A stretch of DNA of 64,000 nt. Source: Lingula anatina. Taxonomy: Eukaryota; Animalia; Brachiopoda. The position numbers and the translations under genes were made by a program. The stretch covers positions 15,972,651 to 16,036,650 of the forward strand of contig CM120647.1 in assembly GCA_051362555.1 (NCBI GenBank), given 5' to 3'. A model generated the notes under the pieces. It saw nothing but the letters and a program-made list of their open reading frames with translations. It ran no database searches and was not told the DNA's origin. Positions 40,029-53,980 of the stretch are shown here, in pieces (positions within the stretch are counted from its first letter, which is position 1; each line of letters starts with the position of its first letter).

Positions 40029-41319
40029 CATTAACAACATAATTTTGGTCACCTAGATTACGTTTGTCATGCGATGTCCGCACGTTACACATATACTGCC
40101 CGTAAATCTCTTTTCGTGCGGCGTCTGGGCAGAGGTAGGCGGTGGCCGCGCGAAATCGTGCGGCTTCACGGCCACCATAGGCTCTACAATTATATCAAAT
40201 TTTGGACAATTCTTTGAAATTGCAAGCCCGTAACATTATCGTAGTTGGCAATGCACAGCTCCCATACGGACATTGTGCGGTGGATTTGCCGTCATCGTGA
40301 TAATGGTGAAACCTGTTGTTGGACTGGTTCCCTTCCACCTTTGGTGGTTGAGGGGAATAATAACAACAGTCTCTCTCTGTCTACAAGTATCTTGTCTTTT
40401 AGGATGTTCGCTGCCATGTACCTTCACAGGAAAGATGTTTAAACTGTGATATTCACTCACAGGAATTTTAGTTTCTGTTTTTCTCATTCCGACCACGGGT
40501 GAAAAACCGTAAGGGCGCAGCTGAACCGCCAACGTATCGATCTTTAAGCTAAAAGATTTATGCCGTACGGAAGGCAGCGAAGGTAGTCTGGGCTAAAGTT
40601 CTAGAATCCGATGACTATTTTAAATTTTGTGAATGACTTATGTTGTAAATGTTGTAAATTCAGCGGCAATAAGTGTAGCTGTAAATTTGTCATGTTGTCA
40701 AGCAAAAGGTTATGGTTATCGTTTTATCAATCGCAAATTAGCAGACTTTAATTGAGATCCGGTAAACTAAAATTTCGGAAGTTAATATGTTCAAGTATAA
40801 TTCTGTTAAGAAACAACTCCCTGTAAAAATTGCGTTTTAATTAGGCAGGAATGGAAATTATTAATGTCTCAAGGATTGGGTTAATTGTTTGGTTTCACGA
40901 TCAAAAAGAATTTGTTCATGACGTTTAAATAACGCTGCACGATTACAATTTTAAATTAATTCCCAAGTTGTTGAAATAAAATTTTATACATCTCATTTTG
41001 GATTTGGAAAAAAAATAAAAGCTGCCTTACCTGGCCTAAAACCAGTTAACCTACGCATTGTGTTTGTCATTTTATTTCGTTAATTGATTTTGTAGATGGG
41101 GTTGGGGCGAGATGATAAAGGTAATATATTTTAGATACGCAGTTTAGTTTGATAAGGCGTGAAATAGAGTCAAAGAGGAAGTTGAGTACTAGATTGATAT
41201 ATAGAACCAAGAGGAAATATTTTGAAGCTAGAAAGACAATCTATTCTGAATGTTTCTATCACTGACATGCATGAAATGAAGCACAATGTATCGGTAGTAA
41301 ACATATACACGTATCAAAG

Positions 41320-41520
41320 CAGTGGCGGATTTGGAGGGGGTCCCTCCCCCCCTTCGATTTCTGAAAAAAATCACACCAAAGGTTCCCTCGTCAAATGAGA
41401 ATTTGGCTAGCTGAATCAAAGTTCTAAACCCTACCAAATGGGGGGGGGGGGGGGGGGGGGGAGTCGGCACCACATTCGCACCCCCCCCTCCCCCATTCAA
41501 ACTATCCTGGATCGGCCCCT

Positions 41521-41521
<1 letters not shown>
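41320..41521. mobile_element. MITE subfamily 2 copy
   Basis: CAGTGGCGGATTT...CCTGGATCGGCCCCTG plus the shared core. Confidence 0.7.
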
Positions 41522-41587
<66 letters not shown>

Positions 41588-41988
41588 TTGTGTAGGTGTG
41601 TCCGTATGTGTAAAAGAGAAAGAGAGAAAGAGGGGGTATAGTGTGTGTGTGTGTGTGTGTGCATGTGTGTGTGTGTGTGTGTGTTTGCAGGTTGAAGAGA
41701 GAGTTGAGAGGGCACCTGTGTACATATATGTTTGCAAATATACTTTATATGCATCCTTTCATAAAGAGAAACATCTCCGAACTGACATCAGGGCGGCACT
41801 GGTTGATACCATTCATCGTTATATGGGACATTTAAATTGTGACGTCAGCAAAATCCCCGCCTGAAATCATGTTTAGGAACAACACGAGACGATAAACACT
41901 AATTGTTTTTCTATAAACTACAAACATTAAAGAGAACATTAACTTAAAGTCTTCTCCACGACCGCCGCCCATGAAGAATCTGTTTTAT

Positions 41989-42074
41989 ATGCTAATGAAA
42001 TGTCTGTAATGATGGCAATTGTGACGTTTGAGCCTTTTTGATGTTGTGAAAATATACGCTGAAAATAGTATAAA
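41989..42074 (+). promoter_or_regulatory. Core promoter of cystine-knot gene A: octamer/TAATGARAT-like motif, TGACGT, TATA
   Basis: ATGCTAATGAAAT at 41989, TGACGT at 42022, TATAAA at 42069; same module upstream of B and C. Confidence 0.7.
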
Positions 42075-42164
42075 TGTCTCGCTGTGGATGGTCATTGATA
42101 AAAGAAGTTCAACATTTAGCCTGAAACAGCGCGTTCGCCAAAAAAGAGCAACTATCTAGTCAAA

Positions 42165-44709
42165 ATGAAGGTAAATATAAGTGTTCTATTTGACTGTAGT
42201 TTGACCTTATAAGACTTTTTTCGTTTCATGTAAGCACGGTTTTTGTTTCTGATGTTACTGCGTTTGACAGTTATGACTTGGAAAATGTCGAAGGAAAAAA
42301 CTAGAAAAACACAAATTCGACCTGGAAAGTAATGCAACGTAGGCCCACAGTAGGATTCGTACTCTTGTGTCCAAATACATGTAGCAAACTTAGGTCGACT
42401 ATAAAACCTCATTTTAACAGTAGTTTTTGCTGTATAACGATCGTTATTAGCAAGTTGTCGCACTATGCGAGATTTTTATGGAAACACTCCTTGGAACTTA
42501 TACCTTCCAATCGCTTATGGTTGTCAAGTTAGATATATCTATGTAAGCAAAAACAGTTACATGACGATTTGGCGAATCATAGACTTCTTTCAATTTATTA
42601 AAAAAGCGCACATTTTTATTTCTTTTAGTAGGCTAATAATATTATCATTATTTATTATGTGTAATAACTACATTTTTTTTCAGACGATAATCCACGTGGT
42701 ATGCATGGTATTTGCCATTGTTGGAGTGGCGGAGTGTGCAGACGAAGATAAAAAATGTATGGGAATTCAAACAATAACAGGAAAGGGAAATAATAAGTCT
42801 CCTATCATCCCACCATTGTCTGAGGATTGTTTGTAAGTCATACATTTATTTATTTATTTATTTGCTTATTTATTTATCTATTGTTTGTTTGTTTTTTGCT
42901 TATTTATTTATTTAAATTCTCTATCAAATGTTTGTAAAATTAATCTGAAAAAAAAAAGATAATGTCAGGTTGGATTCTGACGGTGGGGAAAATCCTAAGA
43001 TCACATTCCGATAACTTGCACATTTAAATACTTCGACGTATTGGAATTTTCTCTAATCACCTCAGGGTCACAACTAACCACACTCAAGGTAGACCACATT
43101 CTTTAACATATGATAATGAATTGCAGTTTAATTGAACTTGAACACAGTAAAAAGAAGTTCCTTGTCTACTTTTGTTAACGTGTCTTACGATGTCTCTGCA
43201 AATATATTTTATCATGCTTTCAAAATTTTGTTAATTTTATATTGTAAATTTTGAAAAAAATTGTTATCCCCTTGAAAAATAAAGAAATTGTCAACATGTG
43301 CTTAGCTTTGAAAGATTGAGCCTAGTGATAGTGATCAAGTTTTCAAATAAATAAATAAACAAGTAAAAGAAAAAAAAAAGAAACATTTCAAGTCCAAGCT
43401 CTACTGTTAACTTTTACTGAATGTTCAACTGTTTATCGATTACGTTTTTAATGAATTGACATCTTGATTTTTTCTATTCTAGTAAGAAGTTGGATAACAA
43501 CGGCATTTCTCTCTCTTTGTAAGTACATGTACTTGTATATATTTACTGCAATAACTTGCACGTGTAGTGTAGTGTAGTAGAGCGCAGTGCAGCACAGCAC
43601 AGTAGAAGTATAGTATAGTATAGTATAGTATAGTATAGTATAGTATAGTATAGTACAGTATAATTTTCTATATGTTCTACGCGTTAAACTCACATCTTCT
43701 ATGCTGACCAATCTGCGTTTTATCTCTTCTACATGTTTTACTATGTCTTATCTTTTATCCCAGGCCATTCTGCCTAAAAGATGAATGTGACGCGACCTAC
43801 AAAGCCCCGACCACAATAAAATACCAAAACAAGAACTGCAAAGTCATTTGTCCACATATTTTCCACTACGCACAGGTGGTTTGTGACACGTAAGTTGTAT
43901 TTCATTATTTTTTATTTATTCATTATGTCATTTATCTTTATCATACTTAGCATCATTAAAACAGCAGGAGTCAGAGAATAACTCTATCCTTTTATCGTCA
44001 GTCATGGTACATGTAACATTTGTTCTTCCTCTACTAATTACAATATTATATGATTTTTAAAACTTTCAAATGAACGATTCTACGTTATGTACGTGTAGGT
44101 CAAACATATCTGTAAAATAACAAATGTGAAGACAATCTTCCGAACAATATCTACTTTCCGACCTGTGACTTTTTAATAAGGCATATGTGTATACCCATGT
44201 ATTTGAGTGGCAAACCAAGTGAGCTGACCTTCGCAAAATCTGTTGACTAATTCAAACGAAAGTTTAAGCAGGGTTTATGCCACACTACAAAATTTCAATC
44301 AAAATGTGCGTGTGTTATGGGCTCGATGTCTTTCTTTGAATACACTTTTCATTCTGGTAGTAACTAGATGTGCAGAGGACATACAGTGTAGTCCATCCAT
44401 CGATTATATTGAAAATAAAGAACTTTTTACCAAGGGATACTAACCTAAAAAAATATTCACACTGACGCGCCGTGTCCATCGACAAAACTTTTTTTACTAA
44501 AGGCATATTACTTAGTCTTTATTGCTTTTAAACCTTTTCTGTCTTCTTTATTTTTCAGGAATGAGGCCTGCGGGACAAATAAACACTGTGACGTTGACGA
44601 AAACTTCAAGAAAACATACACAGTGTTGGCCAATTGCCCAGGAAAACCAAAACCAATAAAGATCAAAGTAGAGAATGTCCCATACTGCTGCTCCTGTCAA
44701 AATGACTAG
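42165..44709 (+). CDS. Secreted 13-Cys cystine-knot protein, copy A (Spaetzle/neurotrophin-like fold), 143 aa
   Basis: Exons 42165-42170, 42684-42832, 43764-43889, 44559-44709, all GT-AG and in phase: MKTIIHVVCMVFAIVGVAECADEDKKCMGIQTITGKGNNKSPIIPPLSEDCLPFCLKDECDATYKAPTTIKYQNKNCKVICPHIFHYAQVVCDTNEACGTNKHCDVDENFKKTYTVLANCPGKPKPIKIKVENVPYCCSCQND*. Fold inferred from Cys spacing and terminal CCxC. Confidence 0.85.
43608..43660. repeat. (TATAG)n pentanucleotide microsatellite
   Basis: Direct inspection. Confidence 0.9.
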
Positions 44710-45790
44710 AACTGTGATCAATGTAAAGTTCAAACTTAATGAGTTTTGTTAGAAATATAATACGGAACGGGAGGAAACTTCTTCACAATATACAATTTGT
44801 AAAGTTTGTTTCATTTGTGATTGTTCCTAGACGTTCGTTGAAAGCCCGGGCGAGTTCACTGTCAAGAGCAGTGAAAAATGTGACTGAAGTTATAATAATA
44901 AGATATACCTTTATTTTTGTAACCATGACTCCGTTGCCAAACATTGATATTTTTATCATATGGAGCTTCACGAACTGAAGGTATAAATGCTGCACTTTAT
45001 ATTGTATGGTCAAGTCAAAAGAATAAAAATTACGGCAAATAGGATATGACAAATGATAACGCATTTACATAGTAATTTCATTGTATCAAGCTTTTCAAAA
45101 TCTGTTTCTAGGTTATATTTATTCTTAAGAAATACCGCACAATTATATTTATTGTAGTCTTCTTAAGAAATCGGCGGTCGAATGTTGTGCAAGAATCTGT
45201 AGATATTTCATTTGATATAATTTTAGATATATTTGATATAAAAAAGTGCAATATGCTGGTTCTGTACTGCCATTTGTATACTTTTGAATTGCAAAAGCTG
45301 TAGATAGGCGTAGGCAGTGTTCAAGGTATAATGTTGGAATAATGCGTGTATTTTGCAATAAAAGTTTTAAAATATTGAAGTGTGTTGAGTGATAAATATC
45401 TCCCTAGTGTCTTGTAATGCATTAATTTTATTTTAATCTTTGTTCGTGTGACTGCTTGGAGCGCCAAGTTCTGTCCACTCTTAGGATATTTCCTCCAAAG
45501 TCTGGATTTTGACAGTATTCCATAGTCAACACACAAATTCATTCATCATCAGTGTTAATAAACAATAAATGTAAAATACTGCAGTCATTTTTCATTGTCA
45601 CATACATTTGTGAGAAAGGGCCAAAATTCGATTTCCAATCGGTTGCATGCCCGGTATAACCATACTCTCCATCAGAAATCATCTAAGTGATGACATCAAC
45701 ATTATGCAACTATTCTTGCAAAGTACTGAACTGTGCATAGAATTAGCCACAGGAATATCTGTGAATATCTAGTGAAAGTCATCCTGTGAC

Positions 45791-45981
45791 CTGGTCCCAG
45801 TTTTACAAAAAAAAACAAAAAAACTTAAGTCCATTTCCTGGCTTAGTTGACTAGGATTCCCATGAGAGTGTTGTTACACTACTCCTGATAAAATGAGATG
45901 TGTCCATGTGACATTGAAAACTTGGCAATTAAATTCTTAGTCAAGGAACCTGACTTAAGTTTTTTGAGGAACCGAGGCCTG
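45791..45981. mobile_element. Degenerate MITE
   Basis: CTGGTCCCAGTTTTACAAAA..CTTAAGTC..TTGACTAGGATT is inverted relative to AATTCTTAGTCAA..GACTTAAGTTTTTTGAGGAACCGAGGCCTG. Confidence 0.55.
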
Positions 45982-46576
45982 GCAGAGGGTAGTGTAGCTG
46001 AGTTTTAAACTGCAGACAAGCACTACAGGTACGAGGTCTACAAGGTGAAGCTATTACCGCGTCTAGTATGTAAAAGTAATGACTGCCATTTACCTGCATT
46101 GTATCCAAAAGGAAGCATCATTTTCACATTTTCGTTGCTGATGGCTGTCTTCGTCTGATTTTTCTGTGCTTATCTCACCAAGGAACTTTACGAAATGAGC
46201 TCCCTTTATTTACCAAAACCCAGAAAAAAGTGCTAAACCATAAATTTAATAATAGTACATAATAACAAGGCGAAGAGCTTGATGTTAAAGCAGATAGCAG
46301 TAAGAAAAAGCATTAAAAAGCATTGCATTTCAAAATCTACGAACTGATAGGACCATGATAATTATATCCAGATGCAATGCAAAATAAGTGCTGTCGTATA
46401 GACAATCCAAGCAGTGGCAAAACACTTAATTTAACTTTTGTCTTTTATCTTTTTATCACCATTTTTATTTTTGCAATATTTTTTATTATATAATGTATAG
46501 CATTTGCAATATTATGCTATATTTGAATAATGAGAGAGCTGGCAAATATCATATTGTATCGCTTAGAGTTCAATAA

Positions 46577-46638
<62 letters not shown>

Positions 46639-46941
46639 AAAATAATTGTAATTAAAAAATGCGGATAAAAGAAGCAGGGTTTCATGATCAGAGGCTTTAA
46701 CTAAATCATATTAAACCGATTTACAGAATAAAAATGTATCTTTAAAAATATATAATTATCAGACTAATGATCGAGCGGCTTCTTTTGATCTTTGCAGTTT
46801 ATCCCCAAAAAAGAAACGAGATTGTCATTTATCCCAAATAATTAGAGCATTAAGGGCAATCTTTTTTATCTGTATCACTCAGTGTGTTAGCTGAAGGTCG
46901 GCTGGAACATGGTCAGAATATTTACTACTTTTAAGTTTAAT

Positions 46942-46996
<55 letters not shown>

Positions 46997-47412
46997 TAGA
47001 GAGAGGAAAGAGGAGAGGGATAGGCGTTTTATTTATTTACTTTTATAAAGCAATTTCAGTCAACGAAGGATGGTTGCTTCAGTCAAAAAACATATTACTC
47101 ATTGTTCCTCTTAAATATCTTCGTTTGACGCGATAAAAACAGCTGACAACCATTAAAGAGTAATTTTAAGGATAGCAATATTCATAAGCAACTTCTTGGA
47201 AGCCAACCAAAATGTGTCATCAGAATAACAACGTTTATAAATTTACATGTAGCATTACACATTATTCATGATAACAGTTTTATTGGGTAGCGTCCATTTG
47301 AATAAGGTGGCCACTTTTAATGTACATTAGATAAATGAATCAGCGGTGTGAACGAACTTTTCTGTTCTTCTTGTATTTCTGTCCCTCATTTCCTCCTATC
47401 TTTTTCCCCTAA

Positions 47413-47455
<43 letters not shown>

Positions 47456-48917
47456 TTTGTTTTTCTTTTATCTCATTTTTTCTTTTGCTAGTAATTAGTA
47501 ACTACCACTCCATTACCATGTTATCAAATTGAACCTTTGGTGTATGTTGCCCTTTTTAATTAATTAATAAATAATAATAATAACCATTTTAACTTAAGAT
47601 CCTCAGAACTGAGCAAAACAAACGTCCCAGCGCTGTTTACAAAGATAAAAGTAAAACCTCGAGCTCATACAATGTACAAAGGTCTTTGATTAAATGTACA
47701 CATATACATGTACTAATAGTTTGTTTATTAAGAGCAGTCAGCGTAAACGTTAACTCTGTTCATTTATTTAATGACTGTTTATTTCAAAGAGAAAAAGTTA
47801 TTCACTCACCGTGACTCTTTTAAATGGGAATTAGTTTTTCTTTCATCTAAATGTACGTCATTTCACAGCATGCGCGGGTAATATTATAATACGCGTTAGA
47901 TGTCTAATGTGTGTTTATGTATTTAGCAAAGGTCGGCGACTTTGTTGTAGTCCCCGTCCCAATTTTCATTAAAAGTACATACTATTAAATAAGGTTACCA
48001 TCGAAGCCCAATACATGGCTTGGATCTATGAAACGGACACATTTTGACCATATAAGTTGATCACACGGCTAGCATATTACGCCACACCCATGACAAATCG
48101 TTACTTACTGCTGTTATGAAAATCAAAAATTTAAAAACCCGTTATTTGGAAGGAGAATGTTTTGAATACAGACGGGATTTAAGTGACGTTACGTGCTCTG
48201 TTTAAATCTCTTGAGTTAATGAACATCAATTAAGGACACATAATGCTAATTAAACGTGTCAATTCTGATCACCAAGTTAAAGGATCCCTTCTTTTATGGT
48301 CTTGACCTCCTAGTCATGTCCTATTACTAAGTCAAAATCAAATGACGAACCTGTTTTGTAAGGAGCTTTTTTTGCCAATTTTGTCACTTTTCGTAAACAG
48401 TTTTACCTATCGTGACGACTATGAAAATTTTGTTGACTCATTACAAATATAGAGGATGCACATTTTTGTAGCATCTTGGATGCATGCCAAACGCGTGTGC
48501 GCTTGTTTGTGTGTGTAAGGGTGTGTAGGGGGTGGAGGAGGGGGATGGCAGTCTCATATTGAAGATAACAGTTTTCGTATTGCTTCGAAGTTCTGAAAAA
48601 TTCCAAGGATTAACTGTTCCATTTTCACCAAACCCCCAGACTAGAAACTGAGACAGTGAAACGATAAGTTATGGCAGTCGATACCGGGCTGTGTCGTTTT
48701 GAGCGTGTGATGAAAATGTCAATTTTCAATGTTTTCCTCAACTGGTATGACGTAGGCAACGGTCCCGCCTGGGCAGGATTTTTGCTCTATCAACAAACCA
48801 GATGGATGCGCCCTTTCCCAATTAAATCCCATTGTTTTGACATAAAAAGTTGAGCACCATGGCTAATTAATCTTGTGTCTCGATTGAAGTTGCCGCCCTG
48901 AGAAAAATTGTTTTTCT

Positions 48918-48999
48918 ATGTTAATGAATTACCTGTTAAAGGTAATTTTGACGTTTGAGTGACTTGTTTGACTTACAGTAGGTGGTGAAATAGTATAAA
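48918..48999 (+). promoter_or_regulatory. Core promoter of cystine-knot gene B
   Basis: ATGTTAATGAA at 48918, TGACGT at 48949, TATAAA at 48994. Confidence 0.7.
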
Positions 49000-49097
49000 G
49001 GTACCTCCTGTACGATCTGCTGGTAAACACGCCCTCAGAGCGACACTGAAGAAGTCTTCAATTTCTCAAGATATTTTAGCTTTATCAATCTTTCAAG

Positions 49098-50073
49098 ATG
49101 AAAGTAAGTATTCCTTATAGTTACTTTACTTAGGCTACCCGTTGTCTCAAACACAAAGGTTCTAGCGTTCCTAAGCCTGAATAGGAACGAGAGAGAGAGA
49201 GAGCAAAAAAAAATTATAGCTAATTTTTAATCAATCCCTATTTTTTATTGTGGGTGATTTGTCTTAACTTAAATTTTGTCCTTTTTTTTGTAATGTCAGT
49301 AGCTAAGCAGGTTATGTTTTTAGTTAAAAAGTACACAAAAAAAAAATAACAACTAATACACGTTTGTGGACATTTCAGATGAAACAACAGTAAATTTGAT
49401 CTGCATTTCATAAACATCGTTATCTTTTAATCATTGTTAATTTTGAATCTCTTAATTTCCTTACAGGGGTCAATATTCATGCTCGCAATATGTGTGGCAT
49501 GTGTAGTGTCCGAAAAGGTGGATTCTGCCGCCAATACATGTATGGGAATACAAACATACACAGGCAAGGGCGCAAAGATGAAGAAAACTCCTGTCATACC
49601 GCCTCTCAGCGATGACTGCCAGTAAGTGAGATATTTGCTTAAACAGTTAACATTATTTTCAATTTAAGAATCTTCCCTGAAAAGTACACAGCACTAGGGC
49701 TAAATTCAAATTGCCAATAAAGCAAGTAAGGCACATCTAATGCGTACTTTAGGCATTGCAAGTTAATTCAAATAAATTCCGCATTGAAGAAATAGCCATT
49801 TTTATGTCCAGTGGACATTAAAAGAGACCATGCTTTCAAATTCCTCAGCTGTTAATTGTGCGTGTAGACATTAATTTTAGTGAGAGTTTTAGCATGAAAC
49901 TATTGAAACACATTTTCAAGAAGAGAAAAAGAAAATTATCAATAGCAAGTTATGAAAATTTAATGATCAAAGTGACTTCAATTGGCTGATCCTTTAAAAC
50001 AACCCAAAATGGGAAAAACAAGATCTGGAATCGCTCTCTATGACTTGTTGCAAACACAGATAATCATCATCAC

Positions 50074-50131
<58 letters not shown>

Positions 50132-51382
50132 ATAAAATTCATCATTTTTTAAATTCCAAGTATTGAACATTTTCTTTCGTTATATTGTAGCAATAAGTTG
50201 AAGAAAGCAGGGATCATTCCGTCGATGTGAGTATAAGGATTTTTCGTCTTATTGATCACGTTGCATTTTACAAACTAAAGTCACTTTTCCGCTTTTGCGT
50301 CTTCGTCATAGAGTAAAACTGAGTAAACAAACTTATTCAGATACGTGACGTAACAGACGAGGAAAAGTTACACAGATTTTTCAAACGTGTTTTATTTTTT
50401 TAACCTAAGATATGCATCTACCATGCATAAACAACCAAACACATGTATTTGTTATAATGCGCCAAGAAACAACCCTGGCATAAATTCAATTTTAATATTA
50501 AATTAATTTATCGTGATACTTTTTGAACCTTGTTTCAGGCCAATGTGTCCCAAGGAAAATGGTTGCACAGTGACGTACAAGGCAGTGGAATCAGTCAGGT
50601 TAAACAGCAGAAAAGTTTGCAAGGTCGTCTGCCCGCACATCCTCCATTATCCTAAAGTGGAGTGCGACAAGTAAGCAGCATCCACTTTTTTCATTACAGA
50701 GAGTTTTACCGTTCAGAAAAACACTAGGCGTGGGAGAGGACGGGAGGGGGGGATTCCAACTTATCTTTTTGGTAGGGAAAAGTACGCTCTCTATCAAGTT
50801 TTGCATAGTTGCTATGCCATTATGATAAAAAGATCCACTTTTTTCAAATAAGGAGTAAAGTTCAACTGTCTCCATTTCCATAACAAGAATGACTCAAAAC
50901 TAAGGTCCCATCCCCATAGACACCGCGGTTTTTATGGGATTGGGGTCCTAGAAAACTAAACTTCGAACTCGAAAAAGAGGTTAATAGATGTTATTTTGTC
51001 TCTCGTTTTGGATTTGATTTACATCGGTAATTTAGAAAACTCCAAACAAAAAGTGCTGGTGAATTGTTAGGAAACCTATGTGTTGTTTTATACGGACCCA
51101 ACGTTAATGATATGCCTCTAACTCTCTGCTGTCTTTATAGCAGCAACAGATGCATTGCAGTGTTTAATTATCTCTTACAGAGATGAGAAATGCGACAAGA
51201 AGAAGAAGAAGCACTGTGAGAGAGACGACGTCAATTACACAAGCACATACCGAGTGTTGGTGAAATGTCCAGGCACTAAAGGGGACACCATTATGCTAAT
51301 CTCCAAGCAGGCTACGTGCTGCGACTGCATGAGTGGGTTCTTCTTAGACTTTTCTTCATTATTTTCATTTGGAAAGAAGTAG
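49098..51382 (+). CDS. Secreted 13-Cys cystine-knot protein, copy B, 164 aa
   Basis: Exons 49098-49103, 49467-49621, 50539-50670, 51181-51382: MKGSIFMLAICVACVVSEKVDSAANTCMGIQTYTGKGAKMKKTPVIPPLSDDCQPMCPKENGCTVTYKAVESVRLNSRKVCKVVCPHILHYPKVECDKDEKCDKKKKKHCERDDVNYTSTYRVLVKCPGTKGDTIMLISKQATCCDCMSGFFLDFSSLFSFGKK*. Same intron positions and phases as copy A. Confidence 0.87.
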
Positions 51383-51667
51383 AACTGAAAGACCTTTTTT
51401 TTTACATAGTATCTTCTGGACTGTAATCTTAATTGTGCTTATCGTCCAATATGAGAGTGTGCGTATTATAAGTTGACTCTTTGCGGGCGTTTCCGTGTGT
51501 CATCGGACGTTTCCGGCTGTGTCACCATGGTGACTAGAGGGGATGATAACAATTGGTCGAAATCTTGCTCTCAAGATTCGTTGACTGACTACATGTGTCT
51601 GTAAAGGTTTTATGGTATGTGCAATGCTGCCATGTAAATAAGCAAGAAGTGTGGTATAGGAATTTCG

Positions 51668-51713
<46 letters not shown>

Positions 51714-52697
51714 TATATTTTTTGTGTTAGTCTATTCCTTTGATCAAGATTTTCAAAAGGTATATATTTTGGTGCTATACCCAGGACCATATATTGTATC
51801 TTGTCCAGATATACGTGTACAATGTTTTATTATTTTGGTTTAAACATGCAAGAGAGAATTATACAAAAGCACATTTATGGGGCACCCCAAGCCATTGCAT
51901 GGGCCCTAATGACCAACATTTCGGAGGCAAACATCTCTGTACAGCCATTTGGATGATTTTGTGTCAAAATTCAAATGTACACTGATTGCAGCGTACGTCT
52001 AAACGTACACAGACTGTAAATACGTACATATTCTGGGCTAGACAGGGTAGGAAATTTTATTGCTTATTTTTGAATTGAAAAATGAGAACATTCATGTTTT
52101 GTTTATAAATATATACTATATAATTTTGATATGCTTCCAAGACTTGCAATTATTCATTTGTAATTGTATACTATCATATTCTTAACCGTTTTATTGAATA
52201 AACAGTAGAAAAACGTGGATTTTCTTCAATGTAATGTTTTTATATAATCAAATGTTACTTTGGCATTCGTATGATATCTTTTCGTAAAAACGATCCATTC
52301 TTATTTATTTTCAAACCAATATTTGCCGTTGTGCTGTATTTAAACTGTGACAAAATTTCAACAAATATATTTTAAATCTTTTATTACATGAATGACAATA
52401 TATCCTTATTCGACTATGTTAAAAATGGAACACAAATCGTGCATTGCTTCCTGTTCTCTACTGTTGGTCTTGTTTTGGCAGAAGGCCCATAAAGGTGTAT
52501 TTTTTATGTCACAGGGGTATCTAGTATAGACTGTTAAAAAATCAAAGAAGTGACTCTTCAGCAATTTTGTAACAGACCAGTAGCGACCCCTGTGGTCAGA
52601 TAGAAGCACACATGGGCCTGTGCGCACGTTATTCCACAAACATGAGAAAACAGCGTGCACCGTGTGGATTTCACATTTTACTGGCGCCCATAGACGA

Positions 52698-52807
52698 TAG
52701 ATTGTTGTATAGTAGTTTGCATATCTTTGCTATGTGAGAAATTTCATTAAGTTAGATTGTTGTATAGTAGTTTGCATATCTTTGCTATGTGAGAAATTTC
52801 ATTAAGT
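52698..52807. repeat. Perfect 55-bp tandem duplication
   Basis: TAGATTGTTGTATAGTAGTTTGCATATCTTTGCTATGTGAGAAATTTCATTAAGT occurs at 52698 and 52753. Confidence 0.92.
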
Positions 52808-53980
52808 TGTCGCCTTGTTTGCATATTTCTCATACATTTAACTTTTGTGCTCCCGGAAGCTGACAGCAATTTAGCGTGAACCCCCAGGGAGTTAGGTCGA
52901 TCCAGATGGATCGAACTAAATCTGTGGGAACCCAGTCTTTGTCAGACTTTCCCATACGATGTTCTCTGTCAATTTAATATAGGCCATCCTACTAGTAGGT
53001 ACCATCCTCATCTTCTCTTGAAAAAATGTGTGTACATCGTAAGTAGCTCTTTAACATTTTCTCCTTCAGTTTTATGCATTGTAATACACTCGACCAAGAA
53101 GTTAAAAATGTGGAATTTTTTTTCAAAAATTAAAAATAAACCAGGTTATATAGTGGGAAAACATCTGGAGTATATAACAGTACCGAATGGTACCGAATGG
53201 TACCAATATTTGGTAAAAATATATACCTGAGCTCATAAGATTACTTTATTCTTATTCAAAATAACGATGTTTCCGAACTTTTTTTGGGCGACTGTAAAAA
53301 GTCCCCCCTCCTTTATCTACGAGTACATATAGATGGTTTAGTAGCTTATGATTTGCCTTGTCTGAGTATCCTTTTGGCTCTTTGCTTTTGGCTCATCTTT
53401 GAGTTGTTTTCTCAGCACTTTTTTATTATTATCATTTTGTGCATTTCTAACGTTATCTGCCATGTCTTCCTAGTACTGTACATGTATTTTCATTTTTTTC
53501 ACCGAAGCTGTAAACATCTTTTATTTTTTCCAGTTTGACCTCAAATCCTTTCATAGACCCACTCATTATCTCTTTTATTTCTGCTCTCTCTGTAGTAAGA
53601 GTATTTGATGTTTGACTTTGCCTTCGGTAATCTCAGTTATTTGTTCACTTCGGTGTGCCTTCCTCACTAGTCTTGACGTTGAGTCGTATGATCCCCACAC
53701 AGACCTAGCATTTCTTCCTCTTTTACCTAGCCATGGTTTTTATCTCTTACATAATATATATTCCAACTATGTTTGAGCTCTTTCTATCGCACTACGTGCT
53801 TATTAGTTGTCTTTTGTTCTTACATTTTTGGATTATTGTTCCAGCGAACACCTTGAGTCAGCCATATGCCGCCATGTTCATCCGGGTCCTCATCGATGCC
53901 CTGACGTAATAGTTCGGCACTGTGGCTAATAAATCTTGTGTTTTGATTGAAGTTGCCTCCCTATGAAATATTGTCTTTCT

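Noticed and set aside
39156-40092. Cluster of overlapping 70-100 aa ORFs
   Set aside because: GC-rich interior of a TIR element; no recognisable domain or splice structure.
41228-41864. HT/CV/ER-repeat ORFs up to 169 aa
   Set aside because: Derived from (GT)n/(GA)n microsatellites and a MITE.
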